DNA from: Octopus vulgaris
Taxonomy: Eukaryota
Direction: 5' to 3'
Assembly: GCA_951406725.2 (NCBI GenBank)
Contig: OX597820.1
Coordinates: 65,906,001 to 65,970,000, forward strand
DNA: 64,000 bases
A program made the translations under genes and the position numbers. The notes beneath the pieces are model-generated. The model searched no databases. It was given only the letters and a program-made list of their open reading frames with translations, and had not been told where the DNA came from. Below, piece after piece: positions 13,474 to 31,172 of this stretch; position 1 is the first letter of the stretch; each line of letters begins with the position of its first letter.

Positions 13474-15470
13474 ACAGGCGGTATTTCGTCTGCCGTTACG
13501 TTCTGATTTCAAATTCCGCCGAAGTAGACTTTGACTTTCCTTCATTTGGGTCGATTAAATAAATTCCAGTTACGCACTAGGGTCGATGTAATCGACTTAA
13601 TCTCTTTGTATGTCCTTGTTTGTCCCCTCTATGTTTAGCCCCTTGTAGGCAATAAAGAAATAAATATATTTTGTTACGAACAGGCGGCGAGTTGGATGAG
13701 ACGTTAGCACGCTGGGCGAAATACTTAGCGGTATTTCGTCTGCCGTTACGTTCCGAGTTGAAATTCCACCGAGATCGACTTTGCCTTTCATCCTTTCGGA
13801 GTCGATAAATTAATTACCAGTTATGTACTGGGGTCGATCTAATCGACTGGCCTCTCCCCCCAAATATCGGGCCTCGTTCCTAAAGTAGGAAAGAATATAC
13901 TACATTTTACGTCCTGAGTTCAAATTTCGCTGAGGTCGACTTTGACTTTCATCCTTTCAGCGCCGTTAAATTAAGTATCAGTTACGCACTGGGGTCGATG
14001 TAATCAAGTTAATCCCTTTGCCAGTCCTTTTTTGTCTGTTCTTTTTTGTCTCCTCTATGTTTAGCCCCTTGTGGGCAATAAAGAAGTAAGAAACGTTAGC
14101 ACGCCGGGCGAAATGAGTTCAAATTCCGCCGAGGTCGACTTTGCCTTTCATCCTTTCGGGGTCGATAAATTAAGTACCAGTTACGCACTAGGGTTGATGT
14201 AATCGACTTAATCCGTTTGTCAGTCCTTGTTTGTCCGCTCTGTGTTTAGCCCCTTGTGGGTAGTAGAGAAATAGGTATTTCGTCTGCCGTTACGTTTTGA
14301 GTTCAAATTCCGCCGAGGTCGACTTTGCCTTTCATCCTTTCGGGGTCGATAAATTAAGTACCAGTTACGCACTGGGATCGATATAATCGACTCAATCTGT
14401 TTGTCTGTCCTTGTTTGCCCCCTCTGTGTGTAGCCCCTTGTAGGCAGTAAAGAAATAGGTATTTCGTCTCTCATTACGTTCTGAGTTCAAAATCTGCCGA
14501 GGTCAACTTTGCGTTTCATCCTTTCGGGATTGATAAATTAAGTACCAGTTACGTACTGGGTTCATGTAATAGACTCGTCCCCTCCCCCAAAATTTCGGGC
14601 CTTGTACCTAGAGTAGAAAAGGATAATTAAGTCCTAGTTGAACACTAAGGTTGATCTAATCGACTAGCTCTGTCCCTCCCCCAGAATTCCGTATAGTAGA
14701 AAGGATTGTCCTTTCGGGATCGATAAAATAGAATATTAATCAAGAACTGGGGTCGAAGTAGTCGATTTGCCCGTCATCTCACAATTGCAGACCCTGTGCA
14801 AAACATGGGGAACATCCCCCTTCAATGTAACTATGTAAATCTTACTTAACATCCTCTGCCATAATCAAATAACCAGTGGTACAAAACCAGAATCATTAGC
14901 GCGACCGACAAAATGTTTGAAGGCATTTCTTCTAGCTCTACGTTCTGAGTTCAAATTCCACCGAGGTCATCTTTGCTTTTCATTCTTTCGAGGCCGATAA
15001 AATAGAGAACCAATCAAGTATTGGGGTTGATGTTATCGATCAGTCCACGACATAAAATTTCAGACCTTGTACCTTTAGTAGAAAGAATTGTCATTAATAT
15101 AAAAGGGCAACTCCGTTCAAATTCCGCCGGGGTCGACTTTACCTTCCATTCAATCGAGATCGATAAATTAAGTGGTACCTGTGAATCACTGGGGTCGATT
15201 GTAATCGACTAGTCACCTTCACCAAAATTTCAGGTCTTTTGCCTTTAATAGATAGTATTATTATAAAAGGCAGCGAGATAGTAGTATTGTTAGCGCGTCG
15301 AACAAAACGCTTAAACGCATGTTTTCCGATTCTTTACCTTCTGAGTTTAAATCTTGCCAAAGTTAACTTTGCATTTCGTCCTTTAGGGGTCGATAGAAGA
15401 AAATACCAATGAAAGACTGGGGTCGTTGTAGTCGATTTTCCCCTCATCTCACAATTGCAGACCCTGAGCA
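13474..15470 (+). mobile_element. Dense same-orientation cluster of about ten SINE family A units
   Basis: Repeated gttctgagttcaaattccgccgaggtcgactttgcc bodies with tail-1 or tail-2 ends; 25-bp duplication at 13457-13481 and 13663-13687. Confidence 0.9.
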
Positions 15471-15569
15471 AAACATGGGGAACATCCTCCTTCAAGGTAA
15501 CTAAGTAAATCTTACTTACCCACCCGATTTACCTCTGCCATTTACACCGATGACGTTATCAAATAACCA

Positions 15570-15960
15570 CAGGAGTGGCTGTGTGGTAAGTAGCTTGCTT
15601 ACCAACCACATAGTTCCGGGTTCAGTCCCACTGCGTGGCACCTTGGGCAAGTGTCTTCTACTATAGCCTCGGGCCGACCAAAGCCTTGTGAGTGGATTTG
15701 GTAGACGGAAACTGAAGGAAGCCCGTCGTATATATGTATATGTATATATGTGTGTGTCTGTGTTTGTCCCCCCCAACATCGCATGAGAACCGATGCTGGT
15801 GTGTTTCCGTAACTTAGCGGTTTGACAAAAGAGACCGATAAAATAAGTACTAGGCTTACAAAGAATAAGTCCTGGGGTCGATTTGCTCGACTAAAGGCGG
15901 TGCTCCAGTATGACAGCAGTCAAGTAACTGAAACAAGTAAAAGAGTAAAAATAGAAAAGA
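15570..15960 (+). mobile_element. SINE family B, near full length
   Basis: Head caggagtggctgtgtggtaag, B-box GGGTTCAGTCCC, ccttgggcaagt, internal (TA/TG)n, tail ctgaaacaagtaaaagagtaaaa. Confidence 0.92.
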
Positions 15961-16632
15961 GAGAGTAGCGCCACCTATCCACGCAGCCAAATGCCAAACT
16001 GTTTTTTTTCCAATGGTGTCCTAACTGTCCAGTTTTTATCGAATGCAGTGTTTTCTAAATGTAGCTTTAAGTATTTCATCTCCGTACTCAAGGAAGATAT
16101 AAAGTTATTTTCACTGTGGAAAGTATCGCATATCCAATTTCTTCAAACAGCACTTGAAGGTCTTTCAGCGAGAAAATATGAAATGAATGAAATGTTGTGT
16201 GATTGGAAGAAAAGTGAAGCCTCACTGAAGAAGATTCAAAGGAAGAAATTGGGCTGAAAGAATCGACATCTATCATTCGCCTGAATTGTAAAATTACTTA
16301 GAAAGTTAGATCAATGGAAACCACCAAATTTATTATGCAGTTACCTGAACTATCATACGTACTCAAGAACTAAGGAGTGCAAAAATATATCCAAGTGTTC
16401 GCAAAGCCTTCAAAGGAACAGCAAACCGGTTCTCGCTTCATGGAAATGAAAGATTTGATATTGCGACAGAAGGCAAGAATTATGCAGAAGCTGAAACTGC
16501 TGGCGGGCATTGAAGTAAAAGCCAAAATAACCTTAGATGGATAGATGGAGAGAGAGAGAGAAATAGTTAGATAAATAGATAGATAGATATTGAGAGAAAA
16601 GGTGAGAGAGATATATAGATAGAGAGAGAGAA

Positions 16633-16694
<62 letters not shown>

Positions 16695-16744
16695 GGATAG
16701 ATAGGTAGATTAATAGATAGAGAGGGAGAGAGAGAAATAAAGAA

Positions 16745-16783
<39 letters not shown>

Positions 16784-16865
16784 TAATATATAATACATAC
16801 ACATACACAGACGTGTGTGTGTATGTATCTTGTATATATATATATATATATGCTTGCGCGGGCGC

Positions 16866-16920
<55 letters not shown>

Positions 16921-16942
16921 CGTGCGTGTGTGTTCCCCTTTA

Positions 16943-17215
16943 TAACATAATTTATTGCCTCAAATTTACCCTTCCGACTCATTATAAGTTGGACAGTGTG
17001 GCCGCCGTCTAGCCGACAGATTTACGAGATATCCGCCTCCTGAAAAATGCGCCCATCACCTGTCACTTCTGCTTGACCAACCACTCCACCGAACTCACTG
17101 CCTTCGGCTTGACCTTACTCCATTGAAACACCGCTACCAGACTCCGCCAAGATCAGTGATACATTTTCAGACGCCGAATTCATTCACCGATTAGGCCTAA
17201 ACTCCAACGCCCACT
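16943..17215 (+). pseudogene. Penelope-like element GIY-YIG endonuclease relic
   Basis: Across frameshifts reads NIIYCL...VGQCGRRLADRF...RDIRLLKNAPITCHFCLTNHS...LTAFGL...IFR..., matching the PLE GIY-YIG pattern (N-[VI]-IY...Y-[VI]-GQT-x-R-x-L-x-x-RF, then HF...HS). Confidence 0.7.
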
Positions 17216-17309
17216 TGTAGATACTTCCGGCTTACTTTTCCCTCTTATCCCCTTTCCTCTGCTGTCCTCTTTTTCAATCCTACACACACTTCCACACATT
17301 CATTCATTT

Positions 17310-17474
17310 ATTCTTTTACTTGTTTCATTCATAGCCATGTTGTCGAACAAATCAACCCTAGGACATATTCTTTGTAAACCTAGTACTTATTCTATCGGCT
17401 CTTTTTTTGCGGGGAGATAAACACACCAACATCGTTTGTCAAGCGTTGGTAGTGAGACAAACACAGACACACAA

Positions 17475-17513
<39 letters not shown>

Positions 17514-18025
17514 CAAAATAAGCAACAAGTATATCCAAGGTAGAGTAGTACAATTGTTTCATGCTACTTCATTTTATTAAACACTGTAAGTATTACATCA
17601 GTTTTAAAATGTCGAACAATCTTCAGCCACTTATAGAATTTTCCAATCAAACGTATAATGCACATTCTTATCCATATTTCATTTGCCAACATTATAAAGA
17701 GGGTAGATATATAGATAGAGAGGTTGATTTCATTCTTAAGAACATGATAGTAGTATAGCCACTCTCTGACTGTAGATTTTATCATTTAGTTCTTTAGATC
17801 TGTCAGTGGGGAGGGGATTGTATTTTTGGTTGGACGGAGACAAAGAATTTTTTTCTATTTATAGGTATAGGAAGGGGTAGTACAAATGTCAAAAACCATA
17901 AACCCATTCCTATTTTAGATATATTTAAATGTATTATAGCAAAAAGCTAGTAGGTTGAAGTTAGAGGGGTAGGGGGAACATAGACTCCTAGTGCTCTAGA
18001 TGCTTTCAATGCATCTAGAGCACTG

Positions 18026-18097
<72 letters not shown>

Positions 18098-18253
18098 GGG
18101 CTTCTTTCAGTTTCCGCCTACCATATCCGTTCACAAGGTTTGGCCGGCACGAGGCTATATTAGGTGACAGCAGTCCAAGGTGCCACGCAGTGGGACTGAA
18201 CCAGGAACCATGTGGATGGGAAGCATGCTTCTTACCACACAGCCACTCCTGCA
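17310..18253 (-). mobile_element. SINE family B interrupted inside its internal (TA)n by a ~520-bp insert (17510-18028)
   Basis: The 3' half (17310-17480) and 5' half (18094-18253) are collinear with family B. The insert is flanked by (TA)n on both sides and ends in a hairpin at 17985-18028. Confidence 0.8.
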
Positions 18254-18288
18254 TACACATTTATATTGTCCTCATCTTCTTTCTTGTT

Positions 18289-18334
18289 AACACAACGTTT
18301 CGGCTGATATACCCTCCAGCCTTCTTCAAGTGTC
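18289..18334 (-). ncRNA. Minimal type I hammerhead ribozyme motif, C3U variant
   Basis: Minus strand: gacac-TTGAAGA-a-ggctg-gagggtatat-cagcc-GAAAC-GTT-gtgtt. Confidence 0.7.
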
Positions 18335-18385
18335 ATGTGGAAATTTCGAACCTGGGTTCTCATTCCTAAGAAATTTTTCGATGTA

Positions 18386-18448
<63 letters not shown>

Positions 18449-18555
18449 GTCACTACGCTATATGTCCACTACGCCACTTAACTACGCCATATGCCCACGT
18501 GCATATGGCGTAGTGGTTAAGAGCGCGGGCTACTAACCCCGAGATTCCGAGTTCG

Positions 18556-18630
<75 letters not shown>

Positions 18631-18684
18631 GTAACATCGAAAAATACCTTAGGAATGAGAACCCAGGTTCGAAATTTCCCCCAA

Positions 18685-18730
18685 GACACCTGAAGAAGGC
18701 TAGAGGGTATATCAGCCGAAATGTTGTGTT
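18685..18730 (+). ncRNA. Minimal type I hammerhead ribozyme motif
   Basis: gacac-CTGAAGA-a-ggcta-gagggtatat-cagcc-GAAAT-GTT-gtgtt: stem I gacac/gtgtt, stem II ggct/agcc. Confidence 0.75.
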
Positions 18731-19496
18731 AACAACAAACAAGATGAGGACAAATATCTGTCGAATGTAAATAATGTAAATAATGCAAATAATGTTCATT
18801 ACTGTTGTATTAAGTTGCCCAGCTGATGAAACCTAATCTAATCAATGTCTATTTTCCAACGAAAGATGATATGCCGAATATTAAGTTCCATCACGTGTTT
18901 TTGTTTACCTTTAATTAAAAAGGTTCGGTGGAGAGTACTGGAGACTATTTATGGATTAAAAATCTGTCAGAAAGTCTCTTGGACGAAACAAGACATTAAC
19001 TGTTGTAATTACAAAGGAATTAATGCCAATTCGTCAGCGTCACTAAGTAAGCCTAAATAAACAATAATTTGGTTGATGAAGAAAATATTCCGCAAAATGT
19101 GATAATGCGCATGCTCCACAACTGGATATATTGTGCGGTTTTGTGATAAAGATTTTGAACGGCGTTCATGTAGAAACTGTCATAAAATCATGAAAGAAAT
19201 TTTAAAATTTCAAATACAATAAATAGGAAAGAAGATTATTTCTTATGGCAAGAAAATAACGAAGGGAAAAGTAACGGAAATTCCAAAGAAAATAATGGCA
19301 GCTTCCATTGTTTCTGATCCGTATGCCGTTCGCTTAATTGCATAACAAGCATCCAATTTGTTTGTCTTCGCGTTTCAACTGCATTCTGCAGACAAGTCAA
19401 CTATGACAAACAGTGTTGAATAGGATGCGTTCGAGTTGTCGTTACAGCTGTCTCATTCAATATGCATATAAATATTGTTCGATCAGGAATAATACT

Positions 19497-19936
19497 TACC
19501 GTAAATCCTCGAGTATAATCCGCATTTTTTTTCCCAAAATTTAAAGGTCAAAATCCCCTAGTGCGTACTATATACGAAGTATTAAATGATAATTATTTTC
19601 TAAGCAATATCCGAGTCTCTATTTGCTGTCCTGCAATGTTTATTCAGACACATTTTGTGATGTCGGGCGCGAAAATAACCTTAAGCTAAGCCTGAAAGCA
19701 ATGAAGCTATAAAAGAATCATCCATAACTTGCAGTAAGCAACATTTATTAAACGTTATTACTGTTATTACTGTTATTTCTTTATTTTCTGCAAAATGCAT
19801 AAAAAAGCTACACGTTTGCGTTATATTATATGTACAATAATATGAAAGGACGTTACCGTATACATTTTTACAAACCAAGGACGTTATATAGACCTCCTTG
19901 ACTCATGCTAGAGAAGGGGTGCGTATTATACACAAG
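19497..19936. mobile_element. pogo/Tigger-type non-autonomous DNA transposon fragment
   Basis: TA followed by ccgtaaatcctcgagtataatccgca terminus; subterminal motifs gtgcgtactatatacg and ggtgcgtattatacac; right end truncated. Confidence 0.6.
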
Positions 19937-21293
19937 ACCTAATTAACGATCTAATTAAAGATTTCTTATTGTCTTCCAATACTTGGGATGTTTCTTAATT
20001 TCTTCATTCCACGTCAACTGGGTCAACTGGGCCTGATACATGTTTCTATGTTGCTCTCATTACGTTGCTTGAAAACCAGTGTTTCTGTGTGTTTCCTCTT
20101 AATTAGTGTATAGTGATTAGTAGAAAATGCTTCTTCAATTATAAATCCATACCTAAAATGGTTCTTAAGTGATATGAATAGATTCAGTTGGGTTTAGTGA
20201 ACAATTCTCCGAAGAAATTTACGTTGTAGCAGAAAGTGTAATTAATTCCTAATTAAGTGTCTAATTAAAACTTCTTAATTTGTTTTTCCATAATCGTTTT
20301 TTTTTCTTTTAAGTATCACTTGTGTCTATGGAGTAATATTCAATGTGATTCACTACTGGAGCTTAAAGTCTAATTAAATTAGCTATTTACGCAAGTTGAT
20401 TATTTCATAGTTAATTAATCCATACCTAAGCATACTTAAGAATCACGTTTCATGGTATTAGGACCATTTGTACACATATTGTGCCCAGACAGTATTTGGA
20501 GCTTCAAGTCTAATCAAATCAGGACTGGCTCTCGGTCTAAATGAACATCTAGCACCACAAACAACATAACATATACTTCTCATATGTGTCTCCAGCAACA
20601 TATTGCTCATTGATAATTTGGTGGCTGGCAGATAACTTTTTGAGTTTTTGAGTATCTTCATCATTTGATGATACAGAACCTAAATTCTCTGCATATATTA
20701 TACATGAGAATAAGTAAACTAAGAGTAAATATACAAATCTGGATACACAAACATGAAATATAGTATAACTACTTATGGTGCATTTGGCCTGGTTTTATAC
20801 GACCCTAGCAACCTTGGTCAATTATACTTCCATTATCAACAATTTACCAACTTCATCTTCATTTACACTTTTAACGTAACTTTTATAACAGCCCCATCTT
20901 TACCATTATTGCGATTATTATAATCACCGTCGTCTTCATTTACACCTTCATAAGAACTTTCATTACATCGTTCGTCACCATTATTTTTATTAACATGATT
21001 ATCTTTAGAATCTTCATTACTATTAATATTATTATAACTCCTCTACGTCATTCTCCACCAGCAGTTCGACATTCTCAGACCCATTATTAACATTATCAAC
21101 AATCCAGCCATAGCAATTATACAATAATAACACTAATATCTTAATTATGGTAATATTAATATTATTAATCATTTAATGATATTATAGATGAGATTATCCT
21201 GATCATTTCAATTATAATCACTGCGGTTGTTGTCATAAAAGTTAAGATTGTTATTAATAATAGTATTTGCAGTAATTTATATTGTTATTATCG

Positions 21294-21379
<86 letters not shown>

Positions 21380-21382
21380 GCC

Positions 21383-25340
<3,958 letters not shown>

Positions 25341-25827
25341 TATTTATTTATGTATATTATCATTAAAAACTGCTAAATACCTTTGTGTTATTAACAATAG
25401 CTAGTAACGCTATTACAGTTACTCACGTACAACAAAACATGTTTGGCACCAAATATTTTTCATTTCCATTTTTTGCAATTTAATTTTCTTATTTATTATT
25501 GTACATAACCATAAAATTAATTTTTATTACTTACGAGAAGCTTCGGAGCTGGTGGGGACTTGCTAAATAGATTTACGTAAACTAGATTTAATTATGCGTG
25601 TGCATCTGTATATATATATATATGTATGAGTGTACAAATATATGTGCGTGTAAGTGTATGTATGTGTGTGTGTGTGTGTGTGTGTGCATTTATATATATA
25701 TATATATACATATATATATGTTTATGTTTGTTTTTGCGCTATAACGTCATAATGTTTGTTTTTATGTCACAGTAATAACAGTTTTACATTAGATTAAAGG
25801 ATTACTCAATACATTCGGCAGAGTACA

Positions 25828-25868
<41 letters not shown>

Positions 25869-26050
25869 TAATAATAATAATAATGGCATGAACTGCTCTC
25901 TCACTCAATAATAATAATAATAATGATAATATATATGTATATATATATATACACACACACACTGGTGCTGTTATCGTATTACAGCGTGATACGACAAGGG
26001 TAGGATATTTATCAAAGAGTTTAATAACATCTATTTAACTCTGCATATGG

Positions 26051-26094
<44 letters not shown>

Positions 26095-26490
26095 ATGTGT
26101 GTGTGTGTGTGTGTGTGTGTACACAGAACAGCTAGAGTGGATACGGAAACAACTATATGTGGATACTAACGGAAATAATGTTTTACTTTATTGTATATTT
26201 TATTTTTATCTTGCATCTTAATCTTCTTAATTACACCCTGTCTTTCTCAATAAAGTCGCAACATAATCCTTCCCTCATTATTCCTGTCTAACGACTTAAA
26301 CCCACTGTTACCAGCAACATGCCGAAATGAAAACCGAGCGAAACAGAGTCTATTTAACAAGATACCCCCTTATAACATCATCAGAGAAGATGCCTTGGCA
26401 CCGACGGATACACCACGACCAGTTGTACAGTATTCCACCCGCGAAAGATCGATACAAGATGCGTTGAAATGCGAACAATAGAGTTTCTGG

Positions 26491-27141
<651 letters not shown>

Positions 27142-27199
27142 AATGGTTATACGTTATTGTTTAGTTAAGCGAGAAACACAATCTGGTTCGAAAAAGAAC

Positions 27200-27585
27200 G
27201 GAATGATTTTTCACATGGCAGCGGGTTCAGTCTTACGGCATGGCACCTGAGCAAGTATCTCCTACTATAGCCTTGGGTTGTCCAAAGCCTCGTCAGTGAA
27301 GGGAAACTGAAAGAAGCCCATCGTATATGTATATATATATATATATACGACGGGCTTCTCTCAGTTATATATACGTTTGTGTATTTGCATTTGTACAAGT
27401 GTTGGTGTGTTTACGTCCCCGTAACTTAACGCTTCGGCAATAGAACACGGCAGACTAAGTACCAGCCTTAGCAAAACAAAAAAAAAAATGAAGTACTGGG
27501 ATCGATTTACTCGACTAAAAATTCTTCAAGGCGGTGCTTCAGCATGGCCTCAGTCCAGTGACTAGACTTATCAAGTAAAAGATAA
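27200..27585 (+). mobile_element. SINE family B, diverged
   Basis: gggttcagtc...aaactgaaagaagccc...tttacgtccccgtaactta...aaggcggtgcttcagcatggcc. Confidence 0.8.
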
Positions 27586-28134
27586 TTAAACATGGCGAAG
27601 GTTTTACAATTTCTAATTAGCGGTAATGACATCCCTCGTTTTTTTATTGTTGTTCTTCGCGGTACTAGTTTATTTATTTCCGTGTAAATATTTGTTCTTA
27701 TGTTTTCTTGGTGTTTAAGAACTTTTAATTTTGTCTACCTGTATATTATATACTATCGTCCTTCAGCCAATTCCATCTTTCTTCATCCTAACGCGTGCTT
27801 TGTGAGCCTTCTCTTTGGCGCTTATTTCTTTGTAATTTTCCGTATTTCTTCAAGCACGTGAAGCTAAGAGAAATGCTTTTATTATTGTTGTTGCTGGTGT
27901 TGTTGTTATTGTAGTAGTAGTAGTGGTGGTGGTAATGGTGGTGGTGATGGTGTACTAGTAGTAATAGTAGTAGTAGTAGTAGCAGCATAAACAGTAGTAG
28001 TATTAGTAGTAGTAGTCGTAGTAGTAGTAGTAGAAACAGTATTGTATTTCATCCTTTGATATTGTCCTCAATGTCTTGGACCCCTTATGGCTATTAAAAG
28101 AAATCTTTATAAATGTTATTATTGTTGTTGTTGC

Positions 28135-28174
<40 letters not shown>

Positions 28175-28817
28175 GTTATTATTATTATTATTATACGCGC
28201 TTTGGTCATTGTTTAATAAGCACGTTCTTTTGATCATTCATTTTCTAGCTAAAAGCTTTCTTTTTAGCGGTTAAAGATATATTTGAAAGACAGCTTATTG
28301 TGCATACAACAGTTCTCTAGAGACGCATTTGCGCACCCGCATACATATGCACAAACACAAGCTCAGACTCACACATAAGTCTGCAAATACACATGCGCAC
28401 ATACAAACACACACAAATACACATATAGGCTGAAAGTGTACTAACAAAAACCTGACTCCATTGTCATCCATAAATATTTTTGAAATGTCTCCTTGCTTGA
28501 GTGTTCGATAACTTTAGGATTCCTCTCAGAAGAGCGACAGAATAATTGAAGGAGGTCATTATGCAACAATGTAATGTCTTAATGCTATAAATAATACACA
28601 CTTAGGAAAAGTTCAAAGATAATCCTGGTGGTGCTATGTTTTAGATTTAGTTCCATTCTCCTTCTGTCAGTGAAACAACTATTGCGCCATATGTCATTCT
28701 GATACGTAATCTGTATTCCGATATATCTACATTATACGTCACTCCGGTGTGTCGTGCCAATACGAAAGTCCAACAAGTCTTTCTAATGTGCCATTTTAAT
28801 AGATCGATAATACACAA

Positions 28818-28866
<49 letters not shown>

Positions 28867-28949
28867 TTTATATATGTGGGGTGGCGGTCGCGTGTGTATG
28901 TATGTATGTGTATATGTATGTATGAATATATATATATATATATATATAT

Positions 28950-29170
28950 ACTCTTTCACTCTTTTACTTGTTTCAGTCAATTGACTGTGGCCATGCTGGA
29001 GCACCGCCTTTAGTCGAGCAAATCGACACCAGGACTTATTCATTGTAAGCCTAGTACTTATTCTATCGGTCTCTTTCGTCGAACCGATAAGTTACGGGGA
29101 CGTAAACACACCAGCATCGGTTGTTAAGCCATGTTGGGTGGTGGAGGCAAACACAGACACACAAATATAT

Positions 29171-29208
<38 letters not shown>

Positions 29209-29350
29209 GACGGGCTTATATCAGTTTCCGTCTACCAAATCCACTCATAAGGCTTTGGTCGGCCCGAGGGTATAGTAGAAGACACTTACCTAAGGTGCCA
29301 CACAGTGGGACTGAACCCGGAACTATGTGGTTCGTAAGCAAGCTACTTTA
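28950..29350 (-). mobile_element. SINE family B
   Basis: Reverse complement of the family-B unit with internal (TA)n. Confidence 0.9.
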
Positions 29351-29504
29351 TTTCAAAAATTTTGCCATAAAGGCATGACACAGAGTAGCTTGCGGGCTGT
29401 ACAAAATCATTGATGAGGTGATGATGAAAAAAGGATGCTGTTAATGGGAGAAGGCAAAAAAAGCCCGCCGATTTTTTGCTTCTCTAAAACATTATTCTCT
29501 TCTC

Positions 29505-30500
29505 TTTTTTTTTTTTTTTCACAGGAAAAAGAGAAAACGAGGTAATGACCCTCTTCAGTTTTACAATTATTGGACTAATGGTCCATTTAAAAATTGGGGC
29601 GTTAAGCCTTTTAAGCACAATAACATACAATAAACATTAAACATTATACAATATTCCTCCCCAATATCGCTTGTGCCCGTATGCTCCGCCATCACCCACG
29701 CCTCATTCAAGACCAAGGCAGGATCTGAGCCGGCGTCGCCCGGCCACAAGCGATATTCCTCATTGAGTCTCTGCAGCCTATACGTCACGGGTAACGTTAT
29801 GACCTCCACAGCTATCTGCGGAGGCCATTCGGGATCTTGTGTGAAGGTTAAAGGTACCCCCTTATGGTGCTTTTCCACTACCTCTTCTACCTCTCTGCCT
29901 CTGTAGAAGAAAATCAATAGTTCGTCTTCCCCCGGGTTCAAGATAGTCAATTCAACCGTTGGCAGCACAATTCCCCCAAACGGTGTCCCTTCTCCTGCCG
30001 GTGGCACAACTCCTACCGGCAAGGTTCCGGGATATTCCGGTGCTATGTCACCGATTGCCTGCAATGTTCCGTTTCTCTTCCTCTTCCTCTTATTTTTCTT
30101 CTCAACTGAGGGAGGGTGCCACTCCTCCGTGACCGGGAGATTTGCATCCCCTACCTCATCGACAGGATCCTTCGGTGAGTACCCATTGTTGCTCACCTTC
30201 TTCCTCTTGCGACCCTTCTTTGAGGAGTCCTCCGCCTCCTCGGCCGCATTCGTTCCTACTTCTACAGAGGTTTCAATCAACTGCTCCAGGACTTTGCTTT
30301 GTTCCTGAGGAAAAATTTTTTTATATCGCCAGAATCCAGGCACCGATGACACCGGGGGTGGGGGATCGACCCTCAAGAATCACCAGGTACTTGCACCCAG
30401 CCATTTTCAAAAAATTCTGGCATAACCAGATTCATGGCTGATTGGGTCCACAGGTTCTGAACAGCTTTTGACCCAATCCAGTCACAGCCTTGCTACGAAA
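29505..30500 (-). mobile_element. L1/Tx1-like ORF1 fragment (frameshifted) ending at an A-run; includes the 269-aa ORF 29567-30376
   Basis: Upstream frames read LKMAGCKYLVILEGR then RCHRCLDSGDIKKF, a decayed CX2CX4HX4C knuckle in the context typical of Tx1 ORF1. Basic low-complexity tail; A-run on minus strand at ~29505-29519; GC richer than flanks. Confidence 0.55.
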
Positions 30501-30639
30501 CAGGTGGCCGGTTAAAATTTATTCTAAATTAAAAAGAGAGAGAGAACATATATACATACATACATACATACATACATACATGCATACATACATACATACA
30601 TACATACATACATACATACATACATACATACATACATAC

Positions 30640-30872
30640 AAAGGAGAATCTGGATGAACTGGGATTTTCGGAAAGAGAAATTGACCGGCTGATTCCTACA
30701 TTACAAGTCCGATCTGGGAGTGGAACAGTAAAAATATGCAAGATTTTTCTGAAGTTCCAAATGTGAACTTGTGTGTGTTAATTACATCCCAAAGATGGAT
30801 CCTTGTGTCTTTGTTGGAAACCGGCTCCCACCTCAGTAGGAGCTTTATAATAATTAAAAAGTAGTAGAGGCA
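30640..30872 (+). mobile_element. 3' fragment of an RLE non-LTR retrotransposon between (CATA)n repeats
   Basis: Reads KENLDELGFSEREIDRLIPTLQVRSGSGTVKICKIFLKFQM*, homologous to the end of 31173-31800. Confidence 0.7.
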
Positions 30873-30952
30873 TACATACATTATGTATGTATGTCTCTTC
30901 TGCTTCTATGTATGTATGTCTCTTCCTGTTCCTACATACAGGAACAGGAAAT

Positions 30953-31172
30953 GTTCTTTTCTACCCTAGGCACATGGCCCGAAAGTTTTGGGGGGCGAGG
31001 GCCAGTCGATTAGATCGACCCCAGTACGCAACTGGCACTTAATTTATCGACGCTAAATGGATGAAACGCAAAGTCGACCTCGGCGGAATTTGAATTCAGA
31101 ACGTAAAGACAGACGAAATATCGCTAAGTATTTCGCCCGGCGTGCTAGCATTTCTGCCAGCTCACCGCCTTA
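30953..31172 (-). mobile_element. SINE family A (tail 2) with 13-bp target-site duplication
   Basis: AGGAACAGGAAAT at 30940-30952 and 31173-31185. Confidence 0.92.

Larger units (their letters stand above)
18255..18797. mobile_element. Fold-back element: tRNA-like head + (AAT)n + hammerhead-bearing tail on +, preceded by an inverted partial copy
   Basis: Head gcatatggcgtagtggttaagagcgcgggctactaaccccgagattccgagttcgat (18501-18557), (AAT)n, tail 18631-18797 ending (taaataatg)n. 18255-18449 is the reverse complement of the tail plus (ATT)n. Confidence 0.85.

Noticed and set aside
13474-15470. Repeat-spacer appearance suggestive of CRISPR
   Set aside because: Units are ~200-bp SINE bodies without unique spacers; eukaryotic context and no cas genes.
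15965-16545. Coding-like sequence, possible transposase relic
   Set aside because: Many stops and no motif I can assign.
18501-18557. Functional tRNA gene
   Set aside because: No acceptor stem or terminator; runs into (AAT)n, so it is a SINE-type head. The same applies to the other tRNA-like heads.
28450-28800. Minus-strand SLTEGEW motif resembling a PLE GIY-YIG segment
   Set aside because: Too degraded to support without a profile search.
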